The notes below the pieces were generated by a model that was not told where the DNA came from, did not search any database, and worked only from the letters and a program-made list of their open reading frames with translations. 42,767 nucleotides of DNA from Candidatus Heimdallarchaeota archaeon (GTDB lineage: Archaea > Asgardarchaeota > Heimdallarchaeia > Heimdallarchaeales > Heimdallarchaeaceae), in the NCBI GenBank assembly GCA_030668825.1, contig DAOVET010000015.1, positions 1 to 42,767 of the forward strand, written 5' to 3'. Positions 27,314-38,375 of the stretch are shown here, piece by piece; position 1 is the first letter of the stretch; each line of letters starts with the position of its first letter. A program made the position numbers and the translations under genes.

Positions 27314-28171
27314 TTACTTGAAGGTTTCTCTGCTTCGATAAATTAGACTTTTGATAGAAAGCATAATAGGTATTTTTCTCAAAGAAACGCTTCTTCTATC
27401 AGTATCAACAATAGCCCATTTTCCATTAACAAGAGGACCTGGATTTACTAGAATTGTTTCTTTTTGTATGTCATAATTCTGTGATTCATGAATGTGTCCT
27501 GCAAAAATCAAATCATAAGGAATTTTGAGAGTGTGGTTTTGAATTAATTCACTTCCTGAATGAGTAGAATTCCATCCAATATAATCTAATTTTGTGTCCT
27601 TAGGGGGTTCATGAAATAAGCCGATAAGAAGTTCCGTTTTATTTTTTTCATATTCTAGAATTTTATTTTCAAGTTTAATCAAGTCTTTGGATATTTCTTC
27701 CTTGTCTTTTTCACCAGGTGTTTGGAAGGGTGTTCTATATTCAGCTGGAGAACAAAATCCATACCCTACTACTAGCAGATTTTCATGTTTAACGGTTGAA
27801 TCTCCTAAATAGTAGAACTGAGGAATGCTTTCAGAATATTCTTTGAAAACTTCTATAACTTCTTCAGAATCACTATTACCATGAGTATAAAAAACAGGAA
27901 TACTTGCTTTTAAGAGTATTTTGAAAATTTTTCTTGTAGATTTTCTCTGAAACTCGATAAACTGAGGTAAGTATTTATCATAAACAAGTTCAGTATATTT
28001 TTCCCTAGAAATTTTCTTGCTTTTGAGAATAGACTTTAGAACCAAACGATACGATATGGTTCCAGCTATATCTCCTGTGATAAAGAGGGCATCTGTTTTT
28101 CTTATTTTTCGAAGAATACGATGCAAGTTTGCATTGCTGCCATGAAGATCACCTATTACAGAAATTTTCAC
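27314..28171 (-). CDS. Calcineurin-like metallophosphoesterase
   Basis: GDLHG, TGD, HGNSD, HEPP, GHIHE and NPG motifs. Confidence 0.9.
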   Translation of the reverse strand: MKISVIGDLHGSNANLHRILRKIRKTDALFITGDIAGTISYRLVLKSILKSKKISREKYTELVYDKYLPQFIEFQRKSTRKIFKILLKASIPVFYTHGNSDSEEVIEVFKEYSESIPQFYYLGDSTVKHENLLVVGYGFCSPAEYRTPFQTPGEKDKEEISKDLIKLENKILEYEKNKTELLIGLFHEPPKDTKLDYIGWNSTHSGSELIQNHTLKIPYDLIFAGHIHESQNYDIQKETILVNPGPLVNGKWAIVDTDRRSVSLRKIPIMLSIKSLIYRSRETFK

Positions 28172-29712
28172 TAATTTTCACCTAAAATGTGTCCCATTTT
28201 ATCTTTAACCATTTCAGTAAATACCTGATTTTCTATTCTTTCAGAAATCCATTTCACTTCTTCATCAAAGAATTTATCTTCCTTTAATGGAGGTATTTCT
28301 TTTCTTACTACTTCATAAATCTCTTGTACAGCTTCAGAAATATTATTCAAATCCTCTTTAAATCCTAATGCTTGATATGCAGTATAAAATTCAATGGCTA
28401 TCATTTGCACAACATTCTTGACTAAGTGATATGCTTTTTTACTTGCAGTGAGACCCATAGAAACATGATCTTCTTGATTAGCTGAGACCGAAATATTATC
28501 GATTGAAGCAGGAGAAGCTAGAATTTTATTTTCAGCAGCTATCGCAGCATCTGCATACTGTATCATCATTAAACCTGAGTTTAAACCAGGTTTTTGTATC
28601 AAGAAAGACGGAAGTCCTGATATTGTTGAATCTAGTAAAAGGTTTACCCTTCTTTCAGAGATATTTCCTAACTCTGTCATGGCTATGCACAAATAATCCA
28701 TAGCAAGACCTATAGGTTCTCCATGGAAATTCCCCCCAGAAACCACTTCTGAAGTTTCTAAGCTGATTAGAGGATTGTCAGTTGTTGAATTGATTTCAAC
28801 TTCTACTAGATTCTTGCAGTACTCTACAACATCTAGTATCGCTCCATGAACTTGTGGAGAACATCTGATAGAATAAGGATCTTGAATTCTTTTTGGTTGA
28901 CTACTTAGCAAATCGCTGCCTTTAAGGACATTTAGAATAGCTTCAGCAAATCTCATTTGCCCTAGGTGCGGTCGTAACTCCATTATAAAAGACGAAAAAG
29001 CACTAATATTGCCTTCGAAGGCTTCCAAAGTTAAACTAACTGTGATAACTGAGTTTTCTAAAACATTCATAGAATCAGAAACTGTATGTGCTGCAAAAGA
29101 TGTTAGTACATGTGTTCCATTAATTAATGATAATCCTTCCTTGGCCTTAAGTTCTAAAGGAGACAAACCAAGTTCAGCAAGAATTTCAGAACCTTTGAGT
29201 ACTTTACCATCTAACTTTGCTTTTCCTTCGCCGATGAAGATTCTAGCTATATATGCAAGAGGTGAAAGATCTCCACTAGCTCCCAGAGAACCTATACTGG
29301 GTACAAGAGGTATGATTCTCTCGTTAATCAGTTTTTCAAGCATTTCTGTAATTTCTATTCGAACACCGCTACCTCCTCTGCAAAAGGAATTTAACTCTAT
29401 AACCATGGCACCTAAAACTATTTCATCAGGAAGATAAGGACCAAATCCAATACTATGTGATTTGATCAAATTCTTTTGAAGAATTTCTCTTTCAGAAGGA
29501 GAAATAATAGTGTTGGACAGTTTTCCAAAACCAGTAGATACACCATAAATAGTTTCATTTTTTTCAAGTTTAGCTTCAATAATTTTTCTAGCTTCTTTTA
29601 TCTTTCTTGTTCCTTCCTTACTAATTTTAACTTTTTTTTCAAATCGTGTAACTTCAAGCAAAGAATCTATAGTTAAGGAATCTCCATCTAAAACTACAAT
29701 TTCTTGGACCAT
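28171..29712 (-). CDS. hutH: Histidine ammonia-lyase
   Basis: YGVSTGFG, NLIKSHS, GASGDL (MIO), QDPYSIRC, GGNFHG and NQEDHVSM. Confidence 0.92.
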   Translation of the reverse strand: MVQEIVVLDGDSLTIDSLLEVTRFEKKVKISKEGTRKIKEARKIIEAKLEKNETIYGVSTGFGKLSNTIISPSEREILQKNLIKSHSIGFGPYLPDEIVLGAMVIELNSFCRGGSGVRIEITEMLEKLINERIIPLVPSIGSLGASGDLSPLAYIARIFIGEGKAKLDGKVLKGSEILAELGLSPLELKAKEGLSLINGTHVLTSFAAHTVSDSMNVLENSVITVSLTLEAFEGNISAFSSFIMELRPHLGQMRFAEAILNVLKGSDLLSSQPKRIQDPYSIRCSPQVHGAILDVVEYCKNLVEVEINSTTDNPLISLETSEVVSGGNFHGEPIGLAMDYLCIAMTELGNISERRVNLLLDSTISGLPSFLIQKPGLNSGLMMIQYADAAIAAENKILASPASIDNISVSANQEDHVSMGLTASKKAYHLVKNVVQMIAIEFYTAYQALGFKEDLNNISEAVQEIYEVVRKEIPPLKEDKFFDEEVKWISERIENQVFTEMVKDKMGHILGEN

Positions 29713-29875
29713 AATTATCTAATATTCCTACATTCCGTATTATTTATTCATTATGCTTTCCCCAATTTCTTCAATCATCATAATGTTCACTAGTTTCTTT
29801 TTTTCAGCTACATTGAGGAAATATTTTAAACAAAGCGTACAAAGGTTTCTTAAAAATAAACAAAGGGATTAGAAT

Positions 29876-31399
29876 ATGACTTATGTAATTACTGGAAAAG
29901 GGCTAAAAATTGAAGATGTTGTCAATGTTGCACGACATAATGAAAAAGTGGAAATCCATCCGGATGCGATGGAACGAATGGTAAAATGCAGAGAAATGCT
30001 CGAAGAGAAAATTGAAGCAAAAGAAATTATGTATGGAATTACAACTGGAATAGGAGAATTTTCTGAAGTGGTCCTAACAGGTGATGAAATTTTGCTATTT
30101 CAGAAATATTTGATATATAATCATGCTGCTGGAATTGGAGAAGCTGCTCCAATAGAACATATTCGTGGTGCAATGCTAGGCAGAATAAATGTTTTAGCAA
30201 ATGGTTATTCTGGAAATAGACCTATTATTGCTGAAACATTTGTTGAAATGCTAAATAAAGGAGTTACTCCTGAAGTTTGTCAAAAAGGATCTGTAGGAGC
30301 TTCTGGAGATTTGGCTCCAATGTCACAACTTGCTCTATTATTGATGGGTGAAGGTCGAGCTTTTTATAAAGGAGAATTACTGCCAGGAAAAGAAGCTATG
30401 GATAGAGCAGGTATTGTAATACCTGGTTTACAGGCAAGAGATGGTTTAGCTGCAATTAATGGTTCCAATCTTCTTACGGCAATGAGTGCCATTTTTCTAT
30501 ATGATGCTTTACGTTTTATGAAACAAGCAGAAATCGCTTGTGCTATGTCAATAGAAGCATTAATGGGTAACTTGAAACCTTATACACCTAAACTTCATGA
30601 AATTCGAGGTTTTCCTGGAGCTGTTAGATGTGCAAAAGCTCTCACTAAGCTTTTCAAAGGTGGAGATCTTTATGAAGGAAAGCTAAAAGTTAAAGTACAA
30701 GATGCGTATTCAATGCGTTCTGCACCACAAGTTTTAGGTGCTGTACATGATACTCTGGCTTGGGGTCGATCTCAAGTTGAGATTGAATTAAATGGTGTTG
30801 GTGATAATCCTGTTTTCTTTACAGAGGAAAAACTTACACTAACTGGTGCTAATTTTCAAGGTACTCCTGTATGCTTACCTATGGATTTAGCTGGAGCTGC
30901 TATTACAATGGTTTGTGTAATGTCCGAACGCAGAATGAATAGGTTAAATCATCCTGCTTTGAGTGTAGGGTTACCTCCATTCTTAACAAAAGGTGCAGGA
31001 TTGATGTCTGGTTTAATGTTAAGTCAATATACTGCAGATATGCAGATAGTAGAAATGAGAATTTTATCAATGCCTGCAAGTATACAGTCTATTCCAGCAG
31101 CTGCAGATCAAGAAGATTTTGTTTCTATGGGAATGAATACAGCACTCAAGAATTTCCAAATAATGGATAATGCTTACGGAGTTTTAGGTATTGAGCTCAT
31201 GGCTGCAGCACAAGCATTAGACTTCAGAGAATTTGAGTTTGGTAAGGGTGTTACTAAAGCTAAAGAAGTTATTCGAAGACATGTTGAGTTCTTGGATGTA
31301 GATAGACCATTATTTGATGATCATAACGCTATGAAAGCTCTTGTCAAGTCATGTGAGATTCTTGAAGAAGTTGAAAAGGAAATTGGAAGTTTAGATTAA
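29876..31399 (+). CDS. Second MIO-dependent aromatic amino acid ammonia-lyase, substrate uncertain
   Basis: YGITTGIG, YLIYNHA, GASGDL, QDAYSMR, GANFQGTP and DQEDFVSM. Confidence 0.88.
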   Translation: MTYVITGKGLKIEDVVNVARHNEKVEIHPDAMERMVKCREMLEEKIEAKEIMYGITTGIGEFSEVVLTGDEILLFQKYLIYNHAAGIGEAAPIEHIRGAMLGRINVLANGYSGNRPIIAETFVEMLNKGVTPEVCQKGSVGASGDLAPMSQLALLLMGEGRAFYKGELLPGKEAMDRAGIVIPGLQARDGLAAINGSNLLTAMSAIFLYDALRFMKQAEIACAMSIEALMGNLKPYTPKLHEIRGFPGAVRCAKALTKLFKGGDLYEGKLKVKVQDAYSMRSAPQVLGAVHDTLAWGRSQVEIELNGVGDNPVFFTEEKLTLTGANFQGTPVCLPMDLAGAAITMVCVMSERRMNRLNHPALSVGLPPFLTKGAGLMSGLMLSQYTADMQIVEMRILSMPASIQSIPAAADQEDFVSMGMNTALKNFQIMDNAYGVLGIELMAAAQALDFREFEFGKGVTKAKEVIRRHVEFLDVDRPLFDDHNAMKALVKSCEILEEVEKEIGSLD

Positions 31400-31496
31400 A
31401 ACGTCTAATAGGAGTGTGGCATAAGTACTCATTCCTCTCTTTTGTTCTTTTTTAAATATTTAAGCAAACTTTAAAAACTTCTTTTTTGCTTAAAAA

Positions 31497-32771
31497 TTGA
31501 GATTGATGCAGAATTCACAAAAAGAAGGAATTGTCATTTCAAATGCTTCAGAACTATATCTAGGACCTGTTTCAAATTATGAACCTATCTATTCAAACGA
31601 AATACCTGATGCTGTAGTAATCAAGAATGGTCTTATTGAAGCAATTGGTGAAACTTCAACAATTTTATCCAACTATTCGAAATTTGATTATGAGATAATA
31701 GATTGTAAGAAAAAGAAAACTGTATGTCCAAGTTTTGTTGATTCACACACTCATTTGGTTTTTGCAGGAGATAGATCTCATGAACTGAGAATGAAAATAC
31801 AAGGTAAATCTTATCTAGAAATCGCTCAAAGTGGCGGTGGAATAATGTTTTCAGTTAACAAAACAAGAGAAGCTTCAAAATTAGAACTAGAAGCATTGGC
31901 TCTTAAAAGGTTGGATGAAATGCTTTTACATGGAACAACAACAATTGAAGCTAAATCAGGATATGGTTTGGATGCAAAAAGTGAACTAAAGATTCTTGAA
32001 GTAATTCAGAGTGTTAATGAAAAGCATCCAATTGATATTGTTCCAACATTCCTCGGATGTCATATCAAACCTGCAGATTATCTTGGGAATCAATGGGAAT
32101 ACATAGAGAGTATGATTCAGTTATTACCTCAGATAAAACATCAAAGTCTCGCAGAATATGTTGACATTTGGACTGATAAGGGAGCTTTTTCTGTTGAAGA
32201 ATCTCAACACTTCTTAAATGAATCCAAGAAGCAAGGCTTTAAACTTCGAGTACATGCAGATGAATTAGAAAATGTAGGGGCTGCTTTAATGGCTGCTGAA
32301 CTTGAAGCTGTGTCTGCAGATCATTTGCTTTTTGCAGAAGCTGTGTCAGCTAGTGCTTTGGCCCAATCGCAAGTTGTAGCAAATCTACTTCCAGCTACTC
32401 CCTTTGTGTTAATGCTAAAGAAATACGCAAATTATCAGATGTTTAAAGATGCAGGAGTAGAAGTAGCTTTATCATCAGATTTTAACCCAAATTGCTACAT
32501 CTTAGACATGCAATCAGTTATTGGACTAGGATCTTTCATGATGAAAATGCTTCCAGAAGAAGCTTTGAGAGCTGCTACCTATGGTGGTGCTAAAGCTCTA
32601 AATAGAGAAAATGAAATTGGTTCTTTAGATATTGGTAAAAAAGCAGATGTTTTAATTTTAGACATACCTAGTGTTGCATCTATACCCTATAGATTTGGAG
32701 TTAATCACACCGACACTGTGTTTAAAGATGGAAAAATGATTGTTAAAGAAGGTAGAAAAATAGCTAATTAA
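31497..32771 (+). CDS. hutI: Imidazolonepropionase
   Basis: VDSHTHLVFAGDR, SYLEIA..GGGI, EAKSGYG, HADE and SDFNP. Confidence 0.93.
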   Translation: MRLMQNSQKEGIVISNASELYLGPVSNYEPIYSNEIPDAVVIKNGLIEAIGETSTILSNYSKFDYEIIDCKKKKTVCPSFVDSHTHLVFAGDRSHELRMKIQGKSYLEIAQSGGGIMFSVNKTREASKLELEALALKRLDEMLLHGTTTIEAKSGYGLDAKSELKILEVIQSVNEKHPIDIVPTFLGCHIKPADYLGNQWEYIESMIQLLPQIKHQSLAEYVDIWTDKGAFSVEESQHFLNESKKQGFKLRVHADELENVGAALMAAELEAVSADHLLFAEAVSASALAQSQVVANLLPATPFVLMLKKYANYQMFKDAGVEVALSSDFNPNCYILDMQSVIGLGSFMMKMLPEEALRAATYGGAKALNRENEIGSLDIGKKADVLILDIPSVASIPYRFGVNHTDTVFKDGKMIVKEGRKIAN

Positions 32772-32790
32772 GATTATTTTTTTAGCTTTT

Positions 32791-34134
32791 TTAGAGAAAG
32801 GGAGCAACAAATAGCGAGATTCCAAGGATGATAGAAAAGGTTAGAGAAGTTAGTATTGTCATTGCTGATGCAGGGATCATAGCTAAGTAGTTATCATAGT
32901 GTTTGTATGCAGTAATTATAGCCTTAATTGGTAGAGGAAGCGTTATTAGAGCTGTTAGACTGAGAAGAGGTAAGATATTTAGTATTGAAAATACGATTAA
33001 TAGTATATAGGTTAGAGCCATAAAGAATGCATAAACATGTCTAGCTTTTTTCTTTCCTAAAAGAACTAACCAATTGAATTTTTTGTTTGCTTTATCAGCC
33101 TCATAATCTGGAAACTGGTTGATATAAAGAATCAAGAAAATTAATAATCCAATCATGATTGATACTAAAATTGGTAACCATGAAAAAACTTCTTTTTGTA
33201 AATAATAAGAACCAAAAACTATTGCAGGTCCAAAACTCACGAATATTGCAAGCTCTCCTAAACCATAATAAACTAGTTTTAAGGGTGCTCCCACATAAAA
33301 GATACCTAAGAATGCTCCACCTAATCCTATATAGAGAATAACGTTTCCATCAACTATGAAATTTAGGTAGAGACCAATTGTTAAACAAATTGCTAAGCTG
33401 AAGATTGCTCCTAGTAGGACCTTTGCAGGTGTAAAAAGCTTACTTTGAATCATTCTTGATCCCCCAGAAAATGGTGTTAAGTGAATGTTACTTTCATCTA
33501 AACCTGAGCGATGGTCTGAAAAGTCATTAAGTAAATCTACAGCTATATGAAAAAATGAAATACCTATAGCTGCTAGAAGAAAGTTTAACCAAGAGTTCAA
33601 TGATCCTGTTTCACGAAAGGCAACGGCTGTTCCTACAAAAACACCAACTACGCTAACAGCTACAAAAGATAACCGAGTTGCTCTCAACCAGATTTTTATG
33701 GTAGTTCCAATTGAACGAAACACTTCCTTTATTATTTTTGGTTTGTTTTCTAAAAATCTATGAACAAAATCCCACTCCTTAACTTCAATTTCTGTTGGTA
33801 TGACTTTTACCAAAACGGGACCAAAAATCCCTTCTTGTTCTACAGAGTCAGCTTTAGTTAATTTCTTTAGTTTCTTTTCATTGTTTTCTGTAATTTCTAC
33901 AATTTTTGCTATACCGTGATATTTTAGATTAGTTCCATTATCTCCGAACTGAAGAATCACTTTTGGATTATATTTAATCTGTTCAATATGAATTTGATTA
34001 GTTAAACCTGTAATATATATGTCAAATTTATCCTGCATGAATGACACTTGAGTTATATTGGAATTGCTATAGCTGCATGTAATTATGTCTAATTTTTTGA
34101 AATTTCCAATAAAATCTTCAGCTTGGTTTAGCAT
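32791..34134 (-). CDS. MenA/UbiA prenyltransferase fused to an N-terminal PNPOx-like (split-barrel) domain
   Basis: NDFSD...D, FSGGSR, GLGE and INQFPDYEAD motifs; ~130-aa soluble N-terminal extension containing QIKYNPKV. Confidence 0.8.
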   Translation of the reverse strand: MLNQAEDFIGNFKKLDIITCSYSNSNITQVSFMQDKFDIYITGLTNQIHIEQIKYNPKVILQFGDNGTNLKYHGIAKIVEITENNEKKLKKLTKADSVEQEGIFGPVLVKVIPTEIEVKEWDFVHRFLENKPKIIKEVFRSIGTTIKIWLRATRLSFVAVSVVGVFVGTAVAFRETGSLNSWLNFLLAAIGISFFHIAVDLLNDFSDHRSGLDESNIHLTPFSGGSRMIQSKLFTPAKVLLGAIFSLAICLTIGLYLNFIVDGNVILYIGLGGAFLGIFYVGAPLKLVYYGLGELAIFVSFGPAIVFGSYYLQKEVFSWLPILVSIMIGLLIFLILYINQFPDYEADKANKKFNWLVLLGKKKARHVYAFFMALTYILLIVFSILNILPLLSLTALITLPLPIKAIITAYKHYDNYLAMIPASAMTILTSLTFSIILGISLFVAPFL

Positions 34135-34218
34135 AAATCCAACAGCTTGAAAAATATATTTGAAGTTTGTCTAACAACAAAAACAAAGAAAGAAAGAGAA
34201 AAAGTAAGAAATATTATC

Positions 34219-35874
34219 TTACATCATACCTGGCGGCATTCCACCTGGCATTCCGCCTGGCATTCCGCCTGGAGGCATAGCTGGACTAGAGGATTTAGCT
34301 ATTATAACGTCATCAATTCTCAAAATCATAATAGTAGATTCACTTGCAGATTTCATTGCTTGAGCAACAACTCTATGTGGTTCAATAATACCTGCTTTGA
34401 ACATATCACTAATCTTCCCATTTTTGAATAGATTTAATCCTGCTGATATATTTTCTACTGCATGAGCGGAACGAAGCTCGTTAAGAATATCCAATGGATC
34501 AATTCCTGCATTTTCTGCTAAGGTTATTGGAATCGCAAGAAGTGCTTCTGCAAAAGCTTTAACAGCTAATTGTCTTTTGTCTTTGAACACATCTGCATAT
34601 TCATCCAGTCTCAATGAAAGCTCTGTAAAGGTTGCTCCTCCACCTGGGAGGTAAGTCTTATCTTCAACTACATTTCTAACTACGCTTAGAGCATCATGTA
34701 AAGCTCTTTCTGCTTCGTCAGTAACATACTTAGTAGCACCATAAATAATAATAGAAACGGATTTTGGATTTTTGCATTCTTGAACAAAAACATGATCTTC
34801 GTCACCAATTTTTACTTCTTTAACTAACCCTGCATCTCCAAGGTCATCCTTTTTGGCATCTTTGAGGTTGGTAACAATTTTACCTCCAGTAGCACGAGCA
34901 AGTTTTTCCATATCACTTTTCTTCACACGTCTAACTGCCATAATATTCTGTTTAGCCATGAAGTATTGAGCCATATCATCGATGCCCTTTTGAGCAACAA
35001 CTACATTTGCACCAACTTCAGCAATTTGGTCAACCATATCTTTTAGAATTTGTTCTTCATTATCCAGGAAGGATTTCATTTCTAGAGGATCGTTGATGCG
35101 TATCTCTCGATCCCACTCACCTTTCTGAACTTCGATATTTTGGTTGAGTAAAAGCACTTTGGCATTTTTTACATTTTTGGCCATTGCAGTGTGAACAATT
35201 TCCTTATCAATTATAACACCCTCAATTAATTCTGTTTCTCGAAGATTCTTACCTATTTTCTGTAAGATTTTAATGTTATCAAGATCCACTGTGAAACTGC
35301 CATTAGTTTCATCAGCTACTTGCTTAACACTGTCAACAGCAATTTGAGCGATAATTTCTTTAGCTGCATGAACTGCTTTACTGTGTAATGAGGTTTCAGC
35401 AATTTGGAAGAGAAGTTTGTCATCTTCAGTTGGATTGAGTGTTCTTGCATGACTCTCAATTATCTCTTGAGCTTTCATGGAAGCTGCTTTGTAACCTTCA
35501 ACAATTAAGGAAGCGTGGATTTTCTTATCTAGCAGTTCACCTCCTTTTTTGAGGAGCTCTCCTGCGATAATAACTGAACTAGTGGTCCCATCACCTGTTT
35601 CCTGATCTTGAGCCTTAGCAACCTGAACAATCATCTTAGCAGCGGGATGTTGAACATCAATTTCATCAAGAAGAGTGGCACCATCGTTGGAGATTAAAAT
35701 GTCTCCTAAACTATCAACCATCATCTTATCCATGCCCCTAGGCCCAAGTGTACTCTTAATAGTATCAGCGACAACAATTGCTGCCATTATATTGTTTTTT
35801 TGAGCATCTTGACCTTTCGATCTTTGAGTTCCTTCTTTTAGAATAATAACTGGTACTTGTCCTTGACCGTACAT
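34219..35874 (-). CDS. Thermosome (group II chaperonin) subunit
   Basis: [24 protein letters not shown] and ILRIDD; GGMP-repeat tail; likely start MYGQGQ at 35874. Confidence 0.97.
   Translation of the reverse strand: MYGQGQVPVIILKEGTQRSKGQDAQKNNIMAAIVVADTIKSTLGPRGMDKMMVDSLGDILISNDGATLLDEIDVQHPAAKMIVQVAKAQDQETGDGTTSSVIIAGELLKKGGELLDKKIHASLIVEGYKAASMKAQEIIESHARTLNPTEDDKLLFQIAETSLHSKAVHAAKEIIAQIAVDSVKQVADETNGSFTVDLDNIKILQKIGKNLRETELIEGVIIDKEIVHTAMAKNVKNAKVLLLNQNIEVQKGEWDREIRINDPLEMKSFLDNEEQILKDMVDQIAEVGANVVVAQKGIDDMAQYFMAKQNIMAVRRVKKSDMEKLARATGGKIVTNLKDAKKDDLGDAGLVKEVKIGDEDHVFVQECKNPKSVSIIIYGATKYVTDEAERALHDALSVVRNVVEDKTYLPGGGATFTELSLRLDEYADVFKDKRQLAVKAFAEALLAIPITLAENAGIDPLDILNELRSAHAVENISAGLNLFKNGKISDMFKAGIIEPHRVVAQAMKSASESTIMILRIDDVIIAKSSSPAMPPGGMPGGMPGGMPPGMM
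34224..34278 (-). repeat. 12-nt tandem repeat encoding the (P)GGM tail of the thermosome
   Basis: ggcattccrcct units repeated three times. Confidence 0.75.
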
Positions 35875-36100
35875 ATTTTCACCATTAAATTCGTTTTTGA
35901 ACAAGCACATGTTCAATCATTGATATATAATTGTTGCTATTGGAAAAAAAATTCATTTCTTTTGTTCTTATCATTATTTACGTGTTCAATTCCCTTAAAC
36001 ATCTTCACTAAAAATTGTATAAACAATTTTTATTTCACATTGAAGTTAAGCAAACGTTTTTATCATTCTAGCTTTATTGTTTTTCATTGGGGTTATTCTA

Positions 36101-37672
36101 ATGGTCGAAGATGAAACTCTTCAAGAATCTGAAAGAATTAGACTGTTATTCTTTACAAGTCCCACTTGTTTCGCTTGTCCTGATGTTAAACGTGTTATTG
36201 AAAATATCGCAGGTACTTCTATGAAAGGAATACTTCATGTTAGTACAATCGATATTAGTGAAGAACAGGAAATTGCTGCTAAGTATGGTATTCTGAGTGT
36301 TCCTGTTGTCATGATGAATGATGAACGTATAGCCGAAGGCTTAATCACTGAAGATGTTATTAGAGAAAAACTTTGGTCTCAAATCCTACCTAATATGATT
36401 AGTAGAGAAAAGGATACACGAAGAAAAGAAAGTATGATGATTCTCACAAAGAATACTATCAGTAGCATTATCTCTCAAGAAATTGTTCGTAAGAATCTTG
36501 GCGATTATGTTCATATTAGTGTTTATCAACAAGTAATGATGTCTCTACTTCAATTAGATCCCCTTATACCTCAACTTCTCTATCAGAGCGGAAGAGAATT
36601 AGGTATTTTTGGTGCAGCCCCTTATTATCTAACTGTTTTGAATCCCAAAGTAGGTGCGGTTAAACCTGAAGAAAGATTTCAAGAAGCTCTTCTTGCTTTA
36701 GCACAACTATATAGTCACACCAACGTTATACCTTTGTATCATGCTACTCATTGCGACGTAGCAAAAATAGACGGATACACAGCTACACTTAGAATCTATG
36801 AACTTGCAAACAGTGCAGGTGCAATCAACATTGGAGAACCATTATGCCACTTTACAGCTGGTGAGATTGCGGGAACTATGGAAGCTATGATTGGTTCTGC
36901 GACTGGTGTTATTGAAACAAAGTGTAAAGGTCTTGGCGATGATTACTGCGAATTTGATATAGAGGTATATCTTGGCAAAGAAATAGGTAAAGCACCTTAC
37001 AAAGTTTTGGACATTAGTTCTCAGGCAAAACAAGTTCAGTTTCTTGGTGATTTACCAGCTGAAGAGCATAGGCGGCAACTATTCTATGAGTTTATTCATG
37101 AAACAACTCAAAATGGTTATAATTCTCTTCTGATGAAGGAAGCACTTCGACCAAATGATATAGATTACGTTCATATCAGTTCTTTACAACAGCAAATAAT
37201 GTCACTTAAGTTTCGAGATAAATTCTGTGGTGCTCTATTGTATTCAGCAGGTAGAGAACTTGGTGTTATTGGTCCGGGTAAGAGATTAATTTATGATTTA
37301 TTAGCTTCCGAGGATGCTGAATTACCTATCGAAACCTTAAAACAAGCAACTCATATTATGCAAAAATATCTAACTCATCCAACAAATTATCTATCTAGAC
37401 AACATTCTTTCGTTGAAGTTTTCGATGGTGAAGATGAAGATGAGATGTTTGTAAGAATTCATGAATGTGCATATGCTTCAGGAGCAAATCTCTCCGAAAC
37501 CAATCTCAATGAGGTATTGTGTGATTTTCAAGCAGGTTACCTTGCAGGACGGCTTGCTTTAGTACTTAAGGATCCACCAATTGTTACCGAAACAAAGTGT
37601 CATGGAACTGGGCATAATTTCTGTGAATTTAGAATAGAGAAAGGTTATACTTTTGATGAAACAGAGGATTAA
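36101..37672 (+). CDS. Thioredoxin plus tandem V4R domain protein
   Basis: FTSPTCFACP and SVP (thioredoxin); two repeats ending LC.F.AG..AG...ETKC...G...CEF. Confidence 0.85.
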   Translation: MVEDETLQESERIRLLFFTSPTCFACPDVKRVIENIAGTSMKGILHVSTIDISEEQEIAAKYGILSVPVVMMNDERIAEGLITEDVIREKLWSQILPNMISREKDTRRKESMMILTKNTISSIISQEIVRKNLGDYVHISVYQQVMMSLLQLDPLIPQLLYQSGRELGIFGAAPYYLTVLNPKVGAVKPEERFQEALLALAQLYSHTNVIPLYHATHCDVAKIDGYTATLRIYELANSAGAINIGEPLCHFTAGEIAGTMEAMIGSATGVIETKCKGLGDDYCEFDIEVYLGKEIGKAPYKVLDISSQAKQVQFLGDLPAEEHRRQLFYEFIHETTQNGYNSLLMKEALRPNDIDYVHISSLQQQIMSLKFRDKFCGALLYSAGRELGVIGPGKRLIYDLLASEDAELPIETLKQATHIMQKYLTHPTNYLSRQHSFVEVFDGEDEDEMFVRIHECAYASGANLSETNLNEVLCDFQAGYLAGRLALVLKDPPIVTETKCHGTGHNFCEFRIEKGYTFDETED

Positions 37673-37755
37673 CAGCTTTAATATTCTAGTAATTTTTTGA
37701 TTATTTATCAATAAAGTTATAACTTAACATTTTTGTAGGTTTCAAAAAGAGCTTT

Positions 37756-38253
37756 GTGTTAAGGAAGATTATTATGAGTTCAAAAATTAGACTTTTAGAC
37801 AAACAGTCAATGTGGCCAAGTGTAATTGCAATTTTTGCAATGTCATTTTTAGCACAAATCCCACACTTCTATTACTTACATGATATTCTTGAATTTAATA
37901 ACTGGGAATATCTTCCATTGTTAATTGCATTTCCTATATTTGGTGCAATAGGGTTAAGTGCTGTATCTTTACTGATTACAGAATCTCTTATGAACAAAGT
38001 TAGAGATACTAAAGAAAGAAAATTATATCGCTATCTCATTCGTGGATCTTTAATTAGTATAGGTTTATATCTTTTCATACAGATTTTTGTTGTATTCTTT
38101 GGATTTGAGGCAATAGCGGCCATACGAAATATACTTCCCCCTGAAGTAATTGATAGTGTAACATTCAAAGAAATATTTGGAATGTCAATAATATTGATAA
38201 TAGGTTTGTTTGTCAACCCTCCCGCACAGTTAAAAGTTAGACGAAGAAAGTAG
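37756..38253 (+). CDS. Hypothetical membrane protein
   Basis: Four hydrophobic segments and a basic C-terminus. Confidence 0.65.
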   Translation: MLRKIIMSSKIRLLDKQSMWPSVIAIFAMSFLAQIPHFYYLHDILEFNNWEYLPLLIAFPIFGAIGLSAVSLLITESLMNKVRDTKERKLYRYLIRGSLISIGLYLFIQIFVVFFGFEAIAAIRNILPPEVIDSVTFKEIFGMSIILIIGLFVNPPAQLKVRRRK

Positions 38254-38375
38254 TCGGAAAAAGAATTAAACTTTTTTCCTTTGACATTTTAATTTTTACA
38301 AAAATTATTGTGAAATATAGACATATCAAACTTCTAATCTTGATTAAAAAAGAAATAGAATAAGAGAGAGATGTT

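Noticed and set aside
31410-31455. Imperfect hairpin plus T-run after the second ammonia-lyase
   Set aside because: Plausible terminator, but the stem has mismatches and is too weak to list.
34224-34278. GC-rich tandem repeat as a possible array
   Set aside because: Explained by the ordinary GGM tail of chaperonins.
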